Origin: an uncultured delta proteobacterium
Lineage (GTDB): Bacteria > Desulfobacterota > Desulfuromonadia > Geobacterales > DSM-12255
Assembly: GCA_963787125.1 (NCBI GenBank)
Contig: CAWBBV010000001.1
Location: 192,001-256,000 of the forward strand
Reading direction: 5' to 3'
DNA length: 64,000 nt
Positions 21,527 through 30,709 of the stretch are shown here, piece by piece. Positions within the stretch are counted from its first letter, which is position 1. Each line of letters begins with the position of its first letter. The position numbers and the translations under genes are program-made. The notes beneath the pieces were generated by a model. That model was not told the DNA's origin and made no database searches. It worked only from the letters and a program-made list of their open reading frames with translations.

Positions 21527-21828
21527 ATACTTCGACTCCGCTCAGCAACCGCTGCCCAAAATGTACCACCGGTCGCCTCTTCCCTGATCACAGCTACGAC
21601 GTCCCGGCCGTGCACTGCTTCTCGTGCGGCTTCCTGATCCTGGGTGAGCGGCCCGTTCTCATGAAAGGCATCCCGCCCGTCGGCAAGCAGCTCTCCATGT
21701 CCCCCGCAGCGGTCTACGACCGGGAGCTGCGCGCCCGTGTAAAAGCAAATGGCGGTCCACTGCGCCTTCGGCCCCAGAGGGTCAGGAAACAGACCCTGAA
21801 TTGCCGGAAAAAGGAGGTTAACCCATGA
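21523..21828 (+). CDS. zinc-ribbon hypothetical protein
   Basis: CPKC and CFSCG pairs; ATGA overlap. Confidence 0.55.
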   Translation: MNTSTPLSNRCPKCTTGRLFPDHSYDVPAVHCFSCGFLILGERPVLMKGIPPVGKQLSMSPAAVYDRELRARVKANGGPLRLRPQRVRKQTLNCRKKEVNP

Positions 21829-22062
21829 ACACCCTTAAGGGTACAAGCCGCATCACCCGTGAAGAAGTCGCCGTTATCACCCTTTTTGCCCTCATCTGCT
21901 TTGCGCTGGCGCCGTCAGCGGCTGGTCAACCCGGGTTGTCAGCAGCCGCGACAAATTCCTCGTCTCCACCGCCCAGAAGCATTTCAGCGAAGCTGAGTAT
22001 TACCAGGCGCAGATTAACCAGATCATTAAAGAGGGTTCAAAACCACTTAAAGGAGAGAAGTA

Positions 22063-22661
22063 ATGACCACAGACCAGTATATGACCGATGCCCATGGCCG
22101 CCTCGTCCCCGTCGAGCTTGTTAAACCGATTGACAAACTCCGCGACGAACTCGTCAAAGATCTCGTCCATGATGCCCTGATGATAGCTGCGGGATAACCG
22201 CCTTCAAACTCGCCGCCTTTACCCATATAGCCGACTTCGTCTCTGTCTCCGCCCAGGATCACGGCCTTAACTGGGGCGGTAAGAAAGGCAACATCAACCT
22301 CACCAGAGTCGACGGCAACTTGATGATCATCCGCGCCATGGATGAATACAACACCTTCAACGAGCAGCGGCAGGTGGCCGAAGAGTTGATCGTTCAGTGT
22401 ATCCACCGCTGGTCCGAAGGCTCAAACCCTCACATTCGTGTTCTGGTTCAGGATGCTTTCCAGGTGGATAAAAAAGGCCAGGTCAATATCAAACGCATTC
22501 TCGGCCTGCGGCGTCTCGATATCGAAGACGAAGAGTGGCAGGAGGCGATGAAAGCCATCTCCGACAGCCTTCAGGTGGCCGGGACAAAGGAATATTTGCG
22601 GATCTATAAAAAGGACGCGTCAGGCGAGTATCAGCAGATCAGTCTCGATCTGGCGAGGTGA
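22063..22661 (+). pseudogene. DUF3164-family protein, frameshifted
   Basis: N-terminal YMTDAHGRLVPVELVKPIDKLRDELV and C-terminal AFQVDKKGQVN...WQEAMKAISDSL in different frames. Confidence 0.75.
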
Positions 22662-22824
22662 CGCTATGGGAATTTTACTGCGTGAAATTGAAGTCGGACA
22701 GTCGGGGCTCTGAAAACATTTCTGGCCGGCCTGCCGGACGATATGGAGGTTACTGATGCCGTCGGCGAGCTGCTCTGCCTGCGTATCTTAACATCGACGA
22801 TGAGCAAGTCCTGGAGGTGCAGTA

Positions 22825-23013
22825 ATGGCCAAAACCGTCGAAGGCTACATCAATACCAGCGTCGATGACTTGCGCATCTCTCTGCCCTACGAAAAAGACC
22901 TGAGCCTGCTGCGCCGGCTCTTCACCCGCTGTCACGACCTGGCGCTTACCAGTCGGGCAAAGATAGTCGATCGGCGCATTAAAGAGCTGAAAAAGGAGAT
23001 TACCAATGGCTAG
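22825..23013 (+). CDS. small phage hypothetical protein
   Basis: GGAGGT RBS; 62-aa ORF. Confidence 0.55.
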   Translation: MAKTVEGYINTSVDDLRISLPYEKDLSLLRRLFTRCHDLALTSRAKIVDRRIKELKKEITNG

Positions 23014-23140
23014 TAAAACCTGCGCGACCTGCGCCAACGCAACCCACAAAATGACCACTGAACCGTGCGTCACCTGTATCGAGCAGGGCGATAGTAAGAA
23101 AGCGCCCCACTACAGCATGTGGACGGCTAAAGAGGCGTAA
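23006..23140 (+). CDS. small Cys-rich protein (44 aa)
   Basis: AAGGAG RBS; MASKTCATC...EPCVTC. Confidence 0.55.
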   Translation: MASKTCATCANATHKMTTEPCVTCIEQGDSKKAPHYSMWTAKEA

Positions 23141-23144
23141 TTAA

Positions 23145-23222
23145 CTGCGAAACAGGCAAATTGACAAATTTGTCAATTTGCCTGTTATCCGGAGGTGGCG
23201 CTTCGGATCTGATGAGCAGCCA
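23145..23222 (+). ncRNA. type II hammerhead ribozyme
   Basis: CTGC-GAAA-stem III (CAGGCAAATTGAC/GTCAATTTGCCTG)-TT-stem I (ATCCGGAG/CTTCGGAT)-CTGATGA-GCAG; all catalytic core nucleotides present. Confidence 0.88.
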
Positions 23223-23233
23223 AAGGAAAAGAC

Positions 23234-23491
23234 ATGGCCATGCACGCCGCTAATCTCGACGACAGCCCGCGCCTGAAAAAGGTACTCAACTACCTCCGCT
23301 ATTACGGCGTCCGCACCACCATGGAGATTGCCACCGGCTGCCATGTCTGCGCCGTCAACTCCATCATCGCCGAACTGCGGGAAAATGGCTTTACGGTCAA
23401 CTGCACGGCAGTCAAAGGCCAGCGGGGCGTCTATCAGTACCAATTGATCGAAGGCGAGCAGCCGGCGCTTTTTGGAGGCTGCAATGGATAA
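23234..23491 (+). CDS. winged-HTH protein
   Basis: SPRLKKVLNYL...TTMEI...VCAVNSIIAELRENG. Confidence 0.7.
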   Translation: MAMHAANLDDSPRLKKVLNYLRYYGVRTTMEIATGCHVCAVNSIIAELRENGFTVNCTAVKGQRGVYQYQLIEGEQPALFGGCNG

Positions 23492-23710
23492 CAATGACCA
23501 GATCGTTCCTTTAGACCCGAGAGGGTCCCGCTCAGTCCAGGGTTATGCGCTCCAGCAGGGCGGCTACGTCCCCCGCCGGGTGCTCGGTGTCCAACACCTA
23601 GCCCAGTGGAAGAATTACCGAGATGACAGTCATGCCTGGCTCTGCAAGCTGATCGGTTTCGCCTTCCAGACCTTTGTCATAATGGCGCTCACGGCGAGCC
23701 GGCTGCGGAA

Positions 23711-23986
23711 ATGCTCCCCCTGACCGCCCAGCTCTGGGTGGATGTCCTGGTCGATATGAACATTGAGGAAGAGCTGGACCGTCTCAGAGTCGAGACGGGG
23801 ATCCGCAAGCTCAACCGCATCCTCAAAGAGTGGCCGCAAGTCGCCTCTCTGCTGGCTGAAATGCCCCGGCGGGAGGCTGCCGGCGTTGTTCCCGGTACGG
23901 TGAAAGTACAACCAAGCTGCTCTCCGGAGGCGGAGGCCGCCGGGCTGGCTGCGCTGGCTGAGTGGAAGAAAGAGCGGAAGCTATAA
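23711..23986 (+). CDS. phage hypothetical protein (possibly 5' frameshifted)
   Basis: PLTAQLWVD...D..RV..G...L....EWP.VA.LL..MP.R. Confidence 0.5.
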   Translation: MLPLTAQLWVDVLVDMNIEEELDRLRVETGIRKLNRILKEWPQVASLLAEMPRREAAGVVPGTVKVQPSCSPEAEAAGLAALAEWKKERKL

Positions 23987-24010
23987 AAAAGACGCGGGGA
24001 GTGTACCAAA

Positions 24011-24275
24011 ATGACTGGTAACGAATTTAAACTAGCACGAAAGCTGCGCCTTAAATATAGCCAGGCAGAGCTGGCCATCGCCATGAAGACCTCGAAGCGA
24101 ACCCTTCAGGATATCGAGGCCCAGGGCGATAAAGAGATCAAAGGCGTTTATGCCGTCTGCATCGAGCTGCTGATCTGGAAAGGCGTCGTACTATGCAGGG
24201 TATTATCGAAAAGGTCGAACGGGATCTGGACAATAAATATCCAGGTGGCATTCAAAGCGCATCAGGTAAGGACTA
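24011..24275 (+). CDS. XRE-HTH protein (3' frame uncertain)
   Basis: MTGNEFKLARKLRLKYSQAELAIAMKTSKRTLQDIE. Confidence 0.55.
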
Positions 24276-24279
24276 ACCC

Positions 24280-24716
24280 ATGTCCACCCCCATTCAAATC
24301 AAGTTGATTCACACTTTAAAGGGCGCTTTAAGCCTTGATAACGATACCTACCGGGCCATTCTCGCCGGGTATGGTGTCGCCTCCTCCAAGGACTTGAGCC
24401 TATCCAAGGCCGGCCTGCTCCTCAAAGATCTGGAAGAAAAGGCCATTGCCGCCGGTGTCTGGAAAAATAAACAGAAAAAACCGGCCAAAGCCTGGCAGCC
24501 GCCCCAGAATATGGCCGGGGGAGAATCCCGCGCCTGCAGCTGCAGAAGATCGAAGCGCTCCTCACTATCGGCAAGCTCCCCTGGAGCTATGCCGACGCCA
24601 TCGCCAAGCAGATGCGCCTGGCCGATAAAATCGCCTGGGTGAAAGCAGCCGACCTGTACCGGATCATTACCGCGCTGACCAAAAAAGCACAAAAAGAGGG
24701 GTGGGCGCTTGTATAA
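24280..24716 (+). pseudogene. GemA/gp16 (DUF1018) regulator, frameshifted near 24520-24540
   Basis: QIKLIHTLKGALSLDNDTYRAIL...SSKDL then QLQKIEALL...W.YADAIAKQM in another frame. Confidence 0.75.
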
Positions 24717-24728
24717 GGAGCTACAGCT

Positions 24729-25150
24729 ATGAGTTGGCGCGATAATATCGATGTTTCCGAGTTGCCCGAAATCTACCGGACAATAGCCGACGCCATCGGC
24801 CCGGCCGCCATGATTCTTTTGGCAGAGCGCTGCCAGAAGATGCACCTCTATCTGAAACGGCTGCCGGCAGAGATCGACCCAGGCAACCTCTCGAAGATTA
24901 CCGCCTCGTCAGCGGCGTTATCGGCTGGGATAATAGTGTCAAGCTGGCTGCGGCGCTAACCAGTGAAACCTTTTACTTGAAAGCCGCAGATGTAGTCTTT
25001 CTCCCCGCCAAGATTCGCTACATCAGGGACAACTTCACCGGCGCGAATCACCGCCGCCTCTGCCTTGAAACCGGCCTGTCACAAGTCTATATCTACGAAA
25101 TTCTCCGCACTAAAAGCTGGGAACAACTGCCGCTGTTTGCTGCGGCATAA
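24729..25150 (+). pseudogene. Mor/C-family transcription activator, frameshifted
   Basis: LPEIYRTIADAIG...; C-terminal RYIRDNFTGANHRRLCLETGLSQVYIYEIL...QLPLFAAA; stop TAA 25148-25150. Confidence 0.75.
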
Positions 25151-25207
25151 CGGCCATGTGCTTGACCCGCCGTGCCTTATCGGGCGGCGTCCGAGCACTG
25201 GTTATCT
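25145..25207 (-). mobile_element. attC-like integron cassette recombination site 1
   Basis: Minus strand AGATAAC-CAGTGCTCGGACGCCGCC...GGCGGGTCAAGCAC-ATGGCC-GTTATGC; imperfect hairpin with extra bases. Confidence 0.7.
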
Positions 25208-25222
25208 GCGGAGGTGGATTAC

Positions 25223-25360
25223 ATGGAAGTGCAAGGCTTTGAGGTCAAGGTAGTCGATTGTTGGAATCTCAAGTGCAAATTTCGAGGCTTAGAAGGATGC
25301 ACACTGGATAGAATTACAATCGGTGGCAGTGGAACATGCAAGGAGTGTGATTATGAGTAA
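25223..25360 (+). CDS. small Cys4 protein (45 aa), cassette gene 1
   Basis: GGAGGT RBS; C....C......C....I.I...G.C pattern (DUF1540-like). Confidence 0.65.
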   Translation: MEVQGFEVKVVDCWNLKCKFRGLEGCTLDRITIGGSGTCKECDYE

Positions 25361-25583
25361 TTTGACCATGAAGGTCACGGCTGACCCTGGCTCACACCTG
25401 GACAAGGTTTGCATGGAATTGACGCGGCTGGCTACGGTTACGGGTGTCCGTGCAGAATGCCAATTCAACGGCACGGCCTTGATTGCCAAACCGAATGACA
25501 ACCCGTTCTATCTGGCAAGGGCGTTTGAGAATCGCAAGGAAGATGTCAAGTTTGTTTTTTCACACATGGGGATGCACGGATAG
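25353..25583 (+). CDS. hypothetical protein, cassette gene 2
   Basis: AAGGAG RBS; MSNLTMKVTADPGSHL...ECQFNGTALIAKP. Confidence 0.65.
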   Translation: MSNLTMKVTADPGSHLDKVCMELTRLATVTGVRAECQFNGTALIAKPNDNPFYLARAFENRKEDVKFVFSHMGMHG

Positions 25584-25584
25584 G

Positions 25585-25640
25585 AGATAACATAAAGCTC
25601 AGCTGCGAGCAGCGCGAGTCTGCTGCAGCGGCAGTTATGC
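25585..25640 (-). mobile_element. attC-like integron cassette recombination site 2
   Basis: Minus strand GCATAAC-TGCCG-CTGCAGCAGAC...GCAGCTGAGC-TTTAT-GTTATCT; typical attC layout. Confidence 0.75.
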
Positions 25641-25652
25641 CCCCGCCATAAC

Positions 25653-25721
25653 TCTTAACCCCGCATAAGATAACATTCCCCCGCTCCTGTTGTACGGTGC
25701 AGCTGCACCGGACAACAGGAG
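25653..25721 (+). promoter_or_regulatory. late promoter element copy 1 (Plys-like) with hairpin
   Basis: TCTTA-N8-TAAGA box, TACGGT -10-like hexamer, hairpin CTCCTGTTGT..CGGTGCAGCTGCACCG..ACAACAGGAG; near-identical copy at 36152. Confidence 0.75.
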
Positions 25722-25726
25722 TAATC

Positions 25727-26303
25727 ATGAACATCATCGAAGTCTTTACCAAGGTCATTTTAGCCAACGAGCTGGACGGTTCCACCGCCCACATTTACAA
25801 ATTCTCCGACCCGGATGGCATCCAGACCGGCAAGAGCGGCTGGTCGTTCGGCCTCTGCCAGTTCGACATCAACAACAATCCCACCGCCATTCTCTGCCTG
25901 CGCGACTGCGGCTTTACCGTCGATGAAATCGACCGGCTGCGTCACCAGACGCTCCAGGACATGAAGCCGATGAATATCAAACTCCTGGCGAACTGCACCA
26001 CCGTTGACCGCTACGACGATCAGCAGCTGGGGGAATGTCTCCAGGTGCCGGTCAACCTCTGTAAAAACTCCGCCATCAAGCTCGATCCCTCCGGCGTTAT
26101 CGCCCTTGCCGACTATCATAACCAGTTTTATATGAGCCGTGGCGGCAAGATGCATAATTATCTCAAGACCCTCCAGCGACCGGTCACTGCTGATGACATC
26201 TATCAGTTTATTCTCACGCTCCCCTGGGCTGAAGCGCCGTGACGACGTTGTGCGTCGCCATGAAAACATTATCCGTATTCTCAAGGAGGCCGGCAATGCT
26301 TAA
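25727..26303 (+). CDS. putative endolysin (lysozyme-like), frameshift near 26225
   Basis: First gene after late promoter; ANE and GKSGWSFGLCQFD motifs; C-terminus RRDDVVRRHENI in shifted frame. Confidence 0.6.
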
Positions 26304-26696
26304 CCCAAACCTGTACGCCCGCAAACCTATATTACCGCCTCGCCGGAAGTTCGCGCCGCCGCCGTCAACGGCTGCGGCCCCGGCGGCTGGAAGCTGGACA
26401 TCATCCCCGACAGCATCTACGGCCTGGACGTCACTGCCGCCTGCAACATCCACGACTGGATGTATACCGTCGGCGGGTCACTGGCCGACAAAGACGAAGC
26501 CGACCGGGTCTTCTTGAATAACCTGCTGCGCTTGATTGAGGCGGTTGACTCCGTTTGGCTGCTGCGCAAACTCCGCCGTGCCCGTGCCCGCACCTATTAC
26601 GAGGCGGTTCATATCTTCGGTGGCCCGGCCTTCTGGGCAGGTAAAAACGATAAACTAAACCTGGTGCCGGCAGCAGTTGCCGGTATCCGGGGCTAA
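26296..26696 (+). CDS. phospholipase A2-like protein, frameshift near 26318
   Basis: Reconstructed VNGCGPGG...ACNIHDWMY...KDEADRVFLNNL...YYEAVHIFG. Confidence 0.65.
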
Positions 26697-26708
26697 TCGG
26701 AGGTAATC

Positions 26709-27110
26709 ATGAGCTTTGCATCTTTTTTCAGGAACTTCGGGCACAACTTCAAGGCGGATCCGGCTTCATCCCTCAAAGGTATCGTCTCTCTGGCCGCCGC
26801 CGGGGCAACCGCCTACGGCATGGTCACCGGCAAAGTCCCGGTCAATGAACTCTCCCTGGGCGCTGCCTCAGCTATGGCAACCAGCGGTATACATGCCCTG
26901 GGGAGCGATACCGTTGCCGCGCCGCTCCTTGAAGGTGTCACCCTGACTTCAATCCTGGCTGAAGTCGTCCCGCGTCTCCCTACCGTTGCCGAGCACTACG
27001 AAGCCATCCGCCAGGAAGGGGGCGAAGCTGCGGCTACCTTGGCCACCATCGCCGAATGCTCCGCGCTGCTGGAAGAGATCACCGCCAAACAGGCAGCAGT
27101 CAAGCCATGA
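26709..27110 (+). CDS. putative holin
   Basis: Two hydrophobic segments; lysis-cassette position. Confidence 0.5.
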   Translation: MSFASFFRNFGHNFKADPASSLKGIVSLAAAGATAYGMVTGKVPVNELSLGAASAMATSGIHALGSDTVAAPLLEGVTLTSILAEVVPRLPTVAEHYEAIRQEGGEAAATLATIAECSALLEEITAKQAAVKP

Positions 27111-27502
27111 AAACCGCCTGCCTGCTGATACTTCTGGCGCTGGCGCTGCTGGCTGTGCCTGCGGCGGCCCTCGACCCCGGCCCCTACGATCTGACCGTCT
27201 ATGCCAATGAAGATTATGTCCTTAACTTGACCCACAAGGCCAGCGACGTCCCGGTCAATCTGACCGGCTACAGCTTCAAGCTGCAGGCGAAGAAAACCGC
27301 CGCTTCGCCGGTCTTTCTGACGTTCTCGACAGCTGTCGTCAACGCCGCTGCCGGCCAGACCCGTCACTGGCTCACTAAGGGCACAACCAGGAACAACGCC
27401 AACAGCGCCGGTATTTACGATCTCATGCAGACCGCCCCCGACGGTAAGGTCAGCTACCGGGTGCAGGGTAAAATCCGTATTCTGGAGACCGTCACCCGAT
27501 GA
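27107..27502 (+). CDS. signal-peptide-bearing phage fibre adaptor-like protein
   Basis: [29 protein letters not shown]...GIYDL...DG..YRVQG...VTR beta-sandwich motif seen in phage structural adaptors. Confidence 0.65.
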   Translation: MKTACLLILLALALLAVPAAALDPGPYDLTVYANEDYVLNLTHKASDVPVNLTGYSFKLQAKKTAASPVFLTFSTAVVNAAAGQTRHWLTKGTTRNNANSAGIYDLMQTAPDGKVSYRVQGKIRILETVTR

Positions 27503-28774
27503 AACGGCGCTATGATAAATACTTCTGGGGCCAGCTTATCTGCGTTGTCCTTTTCGCCATACTGCTGGGCTGCCTGTATCGGCAGGCCTTCGCCGAGACC
27601 GTCTCAATCATCGTTGATGCCCCGTCGCAAGCTATCACCGTTCAGACCCAGTCAACAACCATCACTCCCGAAATCGTCACCGTCACCGCAGTGGTTAATG
27701 TTACCGGCACTGAAACGGTTGAGGTTGTTATTCCCGGCCCCCAGGGCATTGCCGGCGCAACAACAACCGGCACCGGCGGCGGTGGCACTTGGGGGAGCAT
27801 CACCGGTACGCTTAGCGATCAGACTGATCTGCAGGCAGCGCTGAATAGTATCGCCACTACTCCAGGATCACAAGGCCCCACTGGCCCCCAAGGGGTTCAA
27901 GGCCCGACTGGACCAACCGGCCCGACAGGTTCGACAGGTTTGACAGGTTTGACAGGTTTGACAGGCGCAACAGGTTCGCAGGGGATTCAAGGTGTCCAGG
28001 GCCAGAAAGGCTATGACGGTTATGATGGTTTAACTGGCCCAACCGGCCCGGCTGGAGCAGCAGGCGCAACTGGCGCGCCGGGAGCAGCCGGCACTAATGG
28101 CACCAACGGCACCAACGGCACCAACGGTACCAACGGCACGAACGGTGTTGACGGCAAAACCGTCAGCTGCGCCATAACCGGCGGTATCCGCTCAATTCTC
28201 TATGACAAAACGGCAGCAACCCCGCCCCGGCCATGGTTGCTTTCGGTGTTGAAATGCGTGTCGACGGTACGGTTGTAACACCGACCTGCAGCTGGAGTGT
28301 CCCCGCCTCCGGGTCGCTACTCTCCGGCTCATCTGCAGCCTGAGTTTCACCCCGACGGTCAACGGTACCTTCACCGTCTCGGCTGATGACCGCGTCGATG
28401 TCGCCGTGACATACTCCGGGATTACCTGCAATGCCACCGCGCCGATTCCAACCACGAAAATCGGAGCTGACGGTGCCCAGGGCTCTCCGGACACCAAACA
28501 GCAGATTTACACCAAGATCAACGTCGCCACTACCGGCGATGTGCTCAATACCCAGGCGGGCAGTGGTGATGTCGACAGCTTCGCTTTTCGTACTATCCGG
28601 GCGAAGGGGGGAGATATCCATAGAGCCGATCTTGCCGTCGGTCAGACCTGGTATTACGCCCGGCCAACCGATGCCGCCACCGCAGCAAAGTGGGGGATTA
28701 AAACCTCAGGAGGAACACCACTTATACAATTTAATGCCGATGGCTCATTTACTGGCACTCTGGTGATCCGGTGA
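27499..28774 (+). CDS. signal-peptide-bearing collagen-like fibre protein (two frameshifts near 28207 and 28340)
   Basis: Signal ending [23 protein letters not shown] fibre motif; about 30 G-X-Y triplets; C-terminal part in ORF 28406..28774. Confidence 0.7.
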
Positions 28775-29085
28775 AAGGCGCCTTCGATTCTCTTGACGCT
28801 GATCAGCGCTTTGACCGCCGCTATAACATGGCTATTAATGTCTGGCTGATCTGCTGGGCCATTATTATTGCCGCCATAGTTCTCTGGGCCGCACTGGCAA
28901 AAGCCTCAACCTGCATCCCCTCCGGGGTGGGATATGTCAGGCAGCACCGTCCTAACGGCTACACGCCGATTTATGATCCCAGTGGTGACCCCCGCTGCAA
29001 CCCTTATGCACGGGAAACATTGGCCAGCAATACCCCACTCTGCTTTCAGTGCCACCCACACAAATACGAGCCCTGGAGAGTTTGA
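28771..29085 (+). CDS. membrane-anchored/exported protein with CxxCH motif
   Basis: Hydrophobic WLICWAIIIAAIVLWAALAKA; C-terminal LCFQCHPH. Confidence 0.65.
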   Translation: MKGAFDSLDADQRFDRRYNMAINVWLICWAIIIAAIVLWAALAKASTCIPSGVGYVRQHRPNGYTPIYDPSGDPRCNPYARETLASNTPLCFQCHPHKYEPWRV

Positions 29086-29720
29086 TGAAAAAATACCTGT
29101 TGCTGCCACTGCTGCTGGTCCTGACAACCTGTGACCTGTGCCACGCCGGTTACAGTATCTACACCGCCCCGCTGATTCCCGAGTTCGCCACCGTCAACGG
29201 CCCCTACGGACCGGAAAGCTGGCCGAACTTTGAAACGGCAACGGTCCCGGCAGCCTATGGCCGGGAGGTCTGCCGCCCGGACAATTACAGCCCCTTTGTC
29301 GTTGAGCCACTGCGCCGTCAGCGCGTTTTTGAAAATCCCAACGGCACTGCAACAAGTGTCGATCTCTTCAAAGCCTGTCCGGGGATCCGGACGGCAAAGG
29401 AGCGTGAAATACGCTCCGGCGGATCGATACGCCTGAACGCTCTGGCCAATCCCTACAGCGCCGAGGAACGGGAGAGTTGGGCGCAGCAGCAAGATGAAGC
29501 GAAAGAATACCAGGCAAACCCCGCGTGCGAATGTGCCTTGATCCGGGCCATGGCTGGAGGCCGTGGCATCCCGCTTAATCTAATGGCCAGTAAAATCCTT
29601 GAGAACGCCGCCCTCTTCAAGGCCGTGTCCGGACAGATCCTCGGCGCCCAGCAGCGACTCCTGGACAAACTTGCCGCTGAAACCGATTTTGCCACACTGC
29701 TGGCAATTGGCTGGCCATAA
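29085..29720 (+). CDS. exported protein with tail-fibre-chaperone-like C-terminus
   Basis: Signal MKKYLLLPLLLVLTTCDLCHA; YSAEERESWAQQQDEA...IRAMA..RGI...KILENA...GQILGAQQRL. Confidence 0.65.
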   Translation: MKKYLLLPLLLVLTTCDLCHAGYSIYTAPLIPEFATVNGPYGPESWPNFETATVPAAYGREVCRPDNYSPFVVEPLRRQRVFENPNGTATSVDLFKACPGIRTAKEREIRSGGSIRLNALANPYSAEERESWAQQQDEAKEYQANPACECALIRAMAGGRGIPLNLMASKILENAALFKAVSGQILGAQQRLLDKLAAETDFATLLAIGWP

Positions 29721-29933
29721 ATGGCCGATGATATCGATCTCGCCCAGCGCCAGGATGAACTCTTTCGGGAGATGGCGCTACAGGGACAGCGCCGCTCAAG
29801 CCCAGTTCGCGGCAGTCTCAGCGAGTGCTGCATCTGTGGTGAGGATATCCCTTTAGCACGGCAGCTGGCAGCGCCGGGCTGCTGTAAATGTATTGTCTGT
29901 CAGACTGAGTATGAATCTATGCATGGCAAATAA
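29721..29933 (+). CDS. TraR/DksA C4 zinc-finger protein
   Basis: MADDIDLAQ...CCICGEDIP.AR...PGC..CIVCQ. Confidence 0.88.
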   Translation: MADDIDLAQRQDELFREMALQGQRRSSPVRGSLSECCICGEDIPLARQLAAPGCCKCIVCQTEYESMHGK

Positions 29934-29943
29934 CGGGGGATTT

Positions 29944-30387
29944 GTGGATTACGCCAGATACCAGTTTTACCTCAACTTGATGCTCGGCCTCTTTAATACC
30001 TTTATGCTCATCGGTGGCCTCATCTCCATGCGCAAGAAAGCCGCCAAGGAGCAGATCGAAGAACAGAATCGCCGTATCGACGGCATGGAGAAGCGGCTGG
30101 AAAACGTTCCTGCCAACTGTTGCAGCCACTCAAAAACAGAAGAGCGGATTGACGGCCATAACAATCGCCTCCAGCAGCATAAAGAGCTGTTAAACATCGT
30201 TGAAAACGATCTTAAACACCTCCCCAAGAACGCTGATATCGAAAAACTTCATGAAAAGGTCAACAAGGTCTCGGCGCAGGTTGCCGACCTCAAAGCCGAT
30301 ATCCGCCAGATCGCCGGGGCGATGCCGGGCATAACCCACATCACTGAAATGATGAATGAATTCCTGCTGAACAACGGAGGCAAGTAA
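29944..30387 (+). CDS. membrane coiled-coil protein (Mu gp25-like)
   Basis: N-terminal TM helix, coiled coil, LKHLP...L; position before gp26/gp27-like genes. Confidence 0.6.
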   Translation: MDYARYQFYLNLMLGLFNTFMLIGGLISMRKKAAKEQIEEQNRRIDGMEKRLENVPANCCSHSKTEERIDGHNNRLQQHKELLNIVENDLKHLPKNADIEKLHEKVNKVSAQVADLKADIRQIAGAMPGITHITEMMNEFLLNNGGK

Positions 30388-30698
30388 TGAGCAGCAAATT
30401 CGCCGAGCTGATGACGACCGATATCCGCCTGGTAATTCTCAAAGCGCTGGCTGAGGATCTTGGTTACAGCCATAACGAAAGTATCCTCCACAGTATCCTT
30501 GCTGAATTCGGCCACCAGGTCAGCCGCGATCGCGTCCGGACAGAACTGTCATGGCTCTCGGAGCAGGGGCTCTTAACGCTCAAGGATGTCGCCGGCTGTT
30601 TTATTGCCACCGTCACCGAGCGCGGCGCCGATGTTGCCGCCGGTACTGCCAGCGTCCCCGGCGTCAAGCGCCCCGGACCAAGACCCCTCGGGGCCTAA
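30387..30698 (+). CDS. Mu gp26-like winged-HTH protein
   Basis: RLVILKAL...NESIL...SRDRVRTELSWLSEQGL...TERGADVAAG...PGVKRP. Confidence 0.8.
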   Translation: MSSKFAELMTTDIRLVILKALAEDLGYSHNESILHSILAEFGHQVSRDRVRTELSWLSEQGLLTLKDVAGCFIATVTERGADVAAGTASVPGVKRPGPRPLGA

Positions 30699-30709
30699 AG
30701 GAGCTGACC

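Noticed and set aside
23151..23186. 36-bp palindrome containing TTGACA as operator or promoter
   Set aside because: Better explained as hammerhead stem III; no matching -10 found.
25634..25652. GTTATG-N7-CATAAC as a second activator box
   Set aside because: Absent from the second late-promoter copy, and its left half is the attC core site.
27930..28150. Short tandem repeats (GACAGGTTT, GGCACCAAC) as CRISPR or VNTR
   Set aside because: In-frame collagen G-X-Y coding repeats; no unique spacers or cas genes.
29130..29144. CDLCH as a heme site in the 29085 protein
   Set aside because: Lies at the end of the predicted signal peptide and would be cleaved off.
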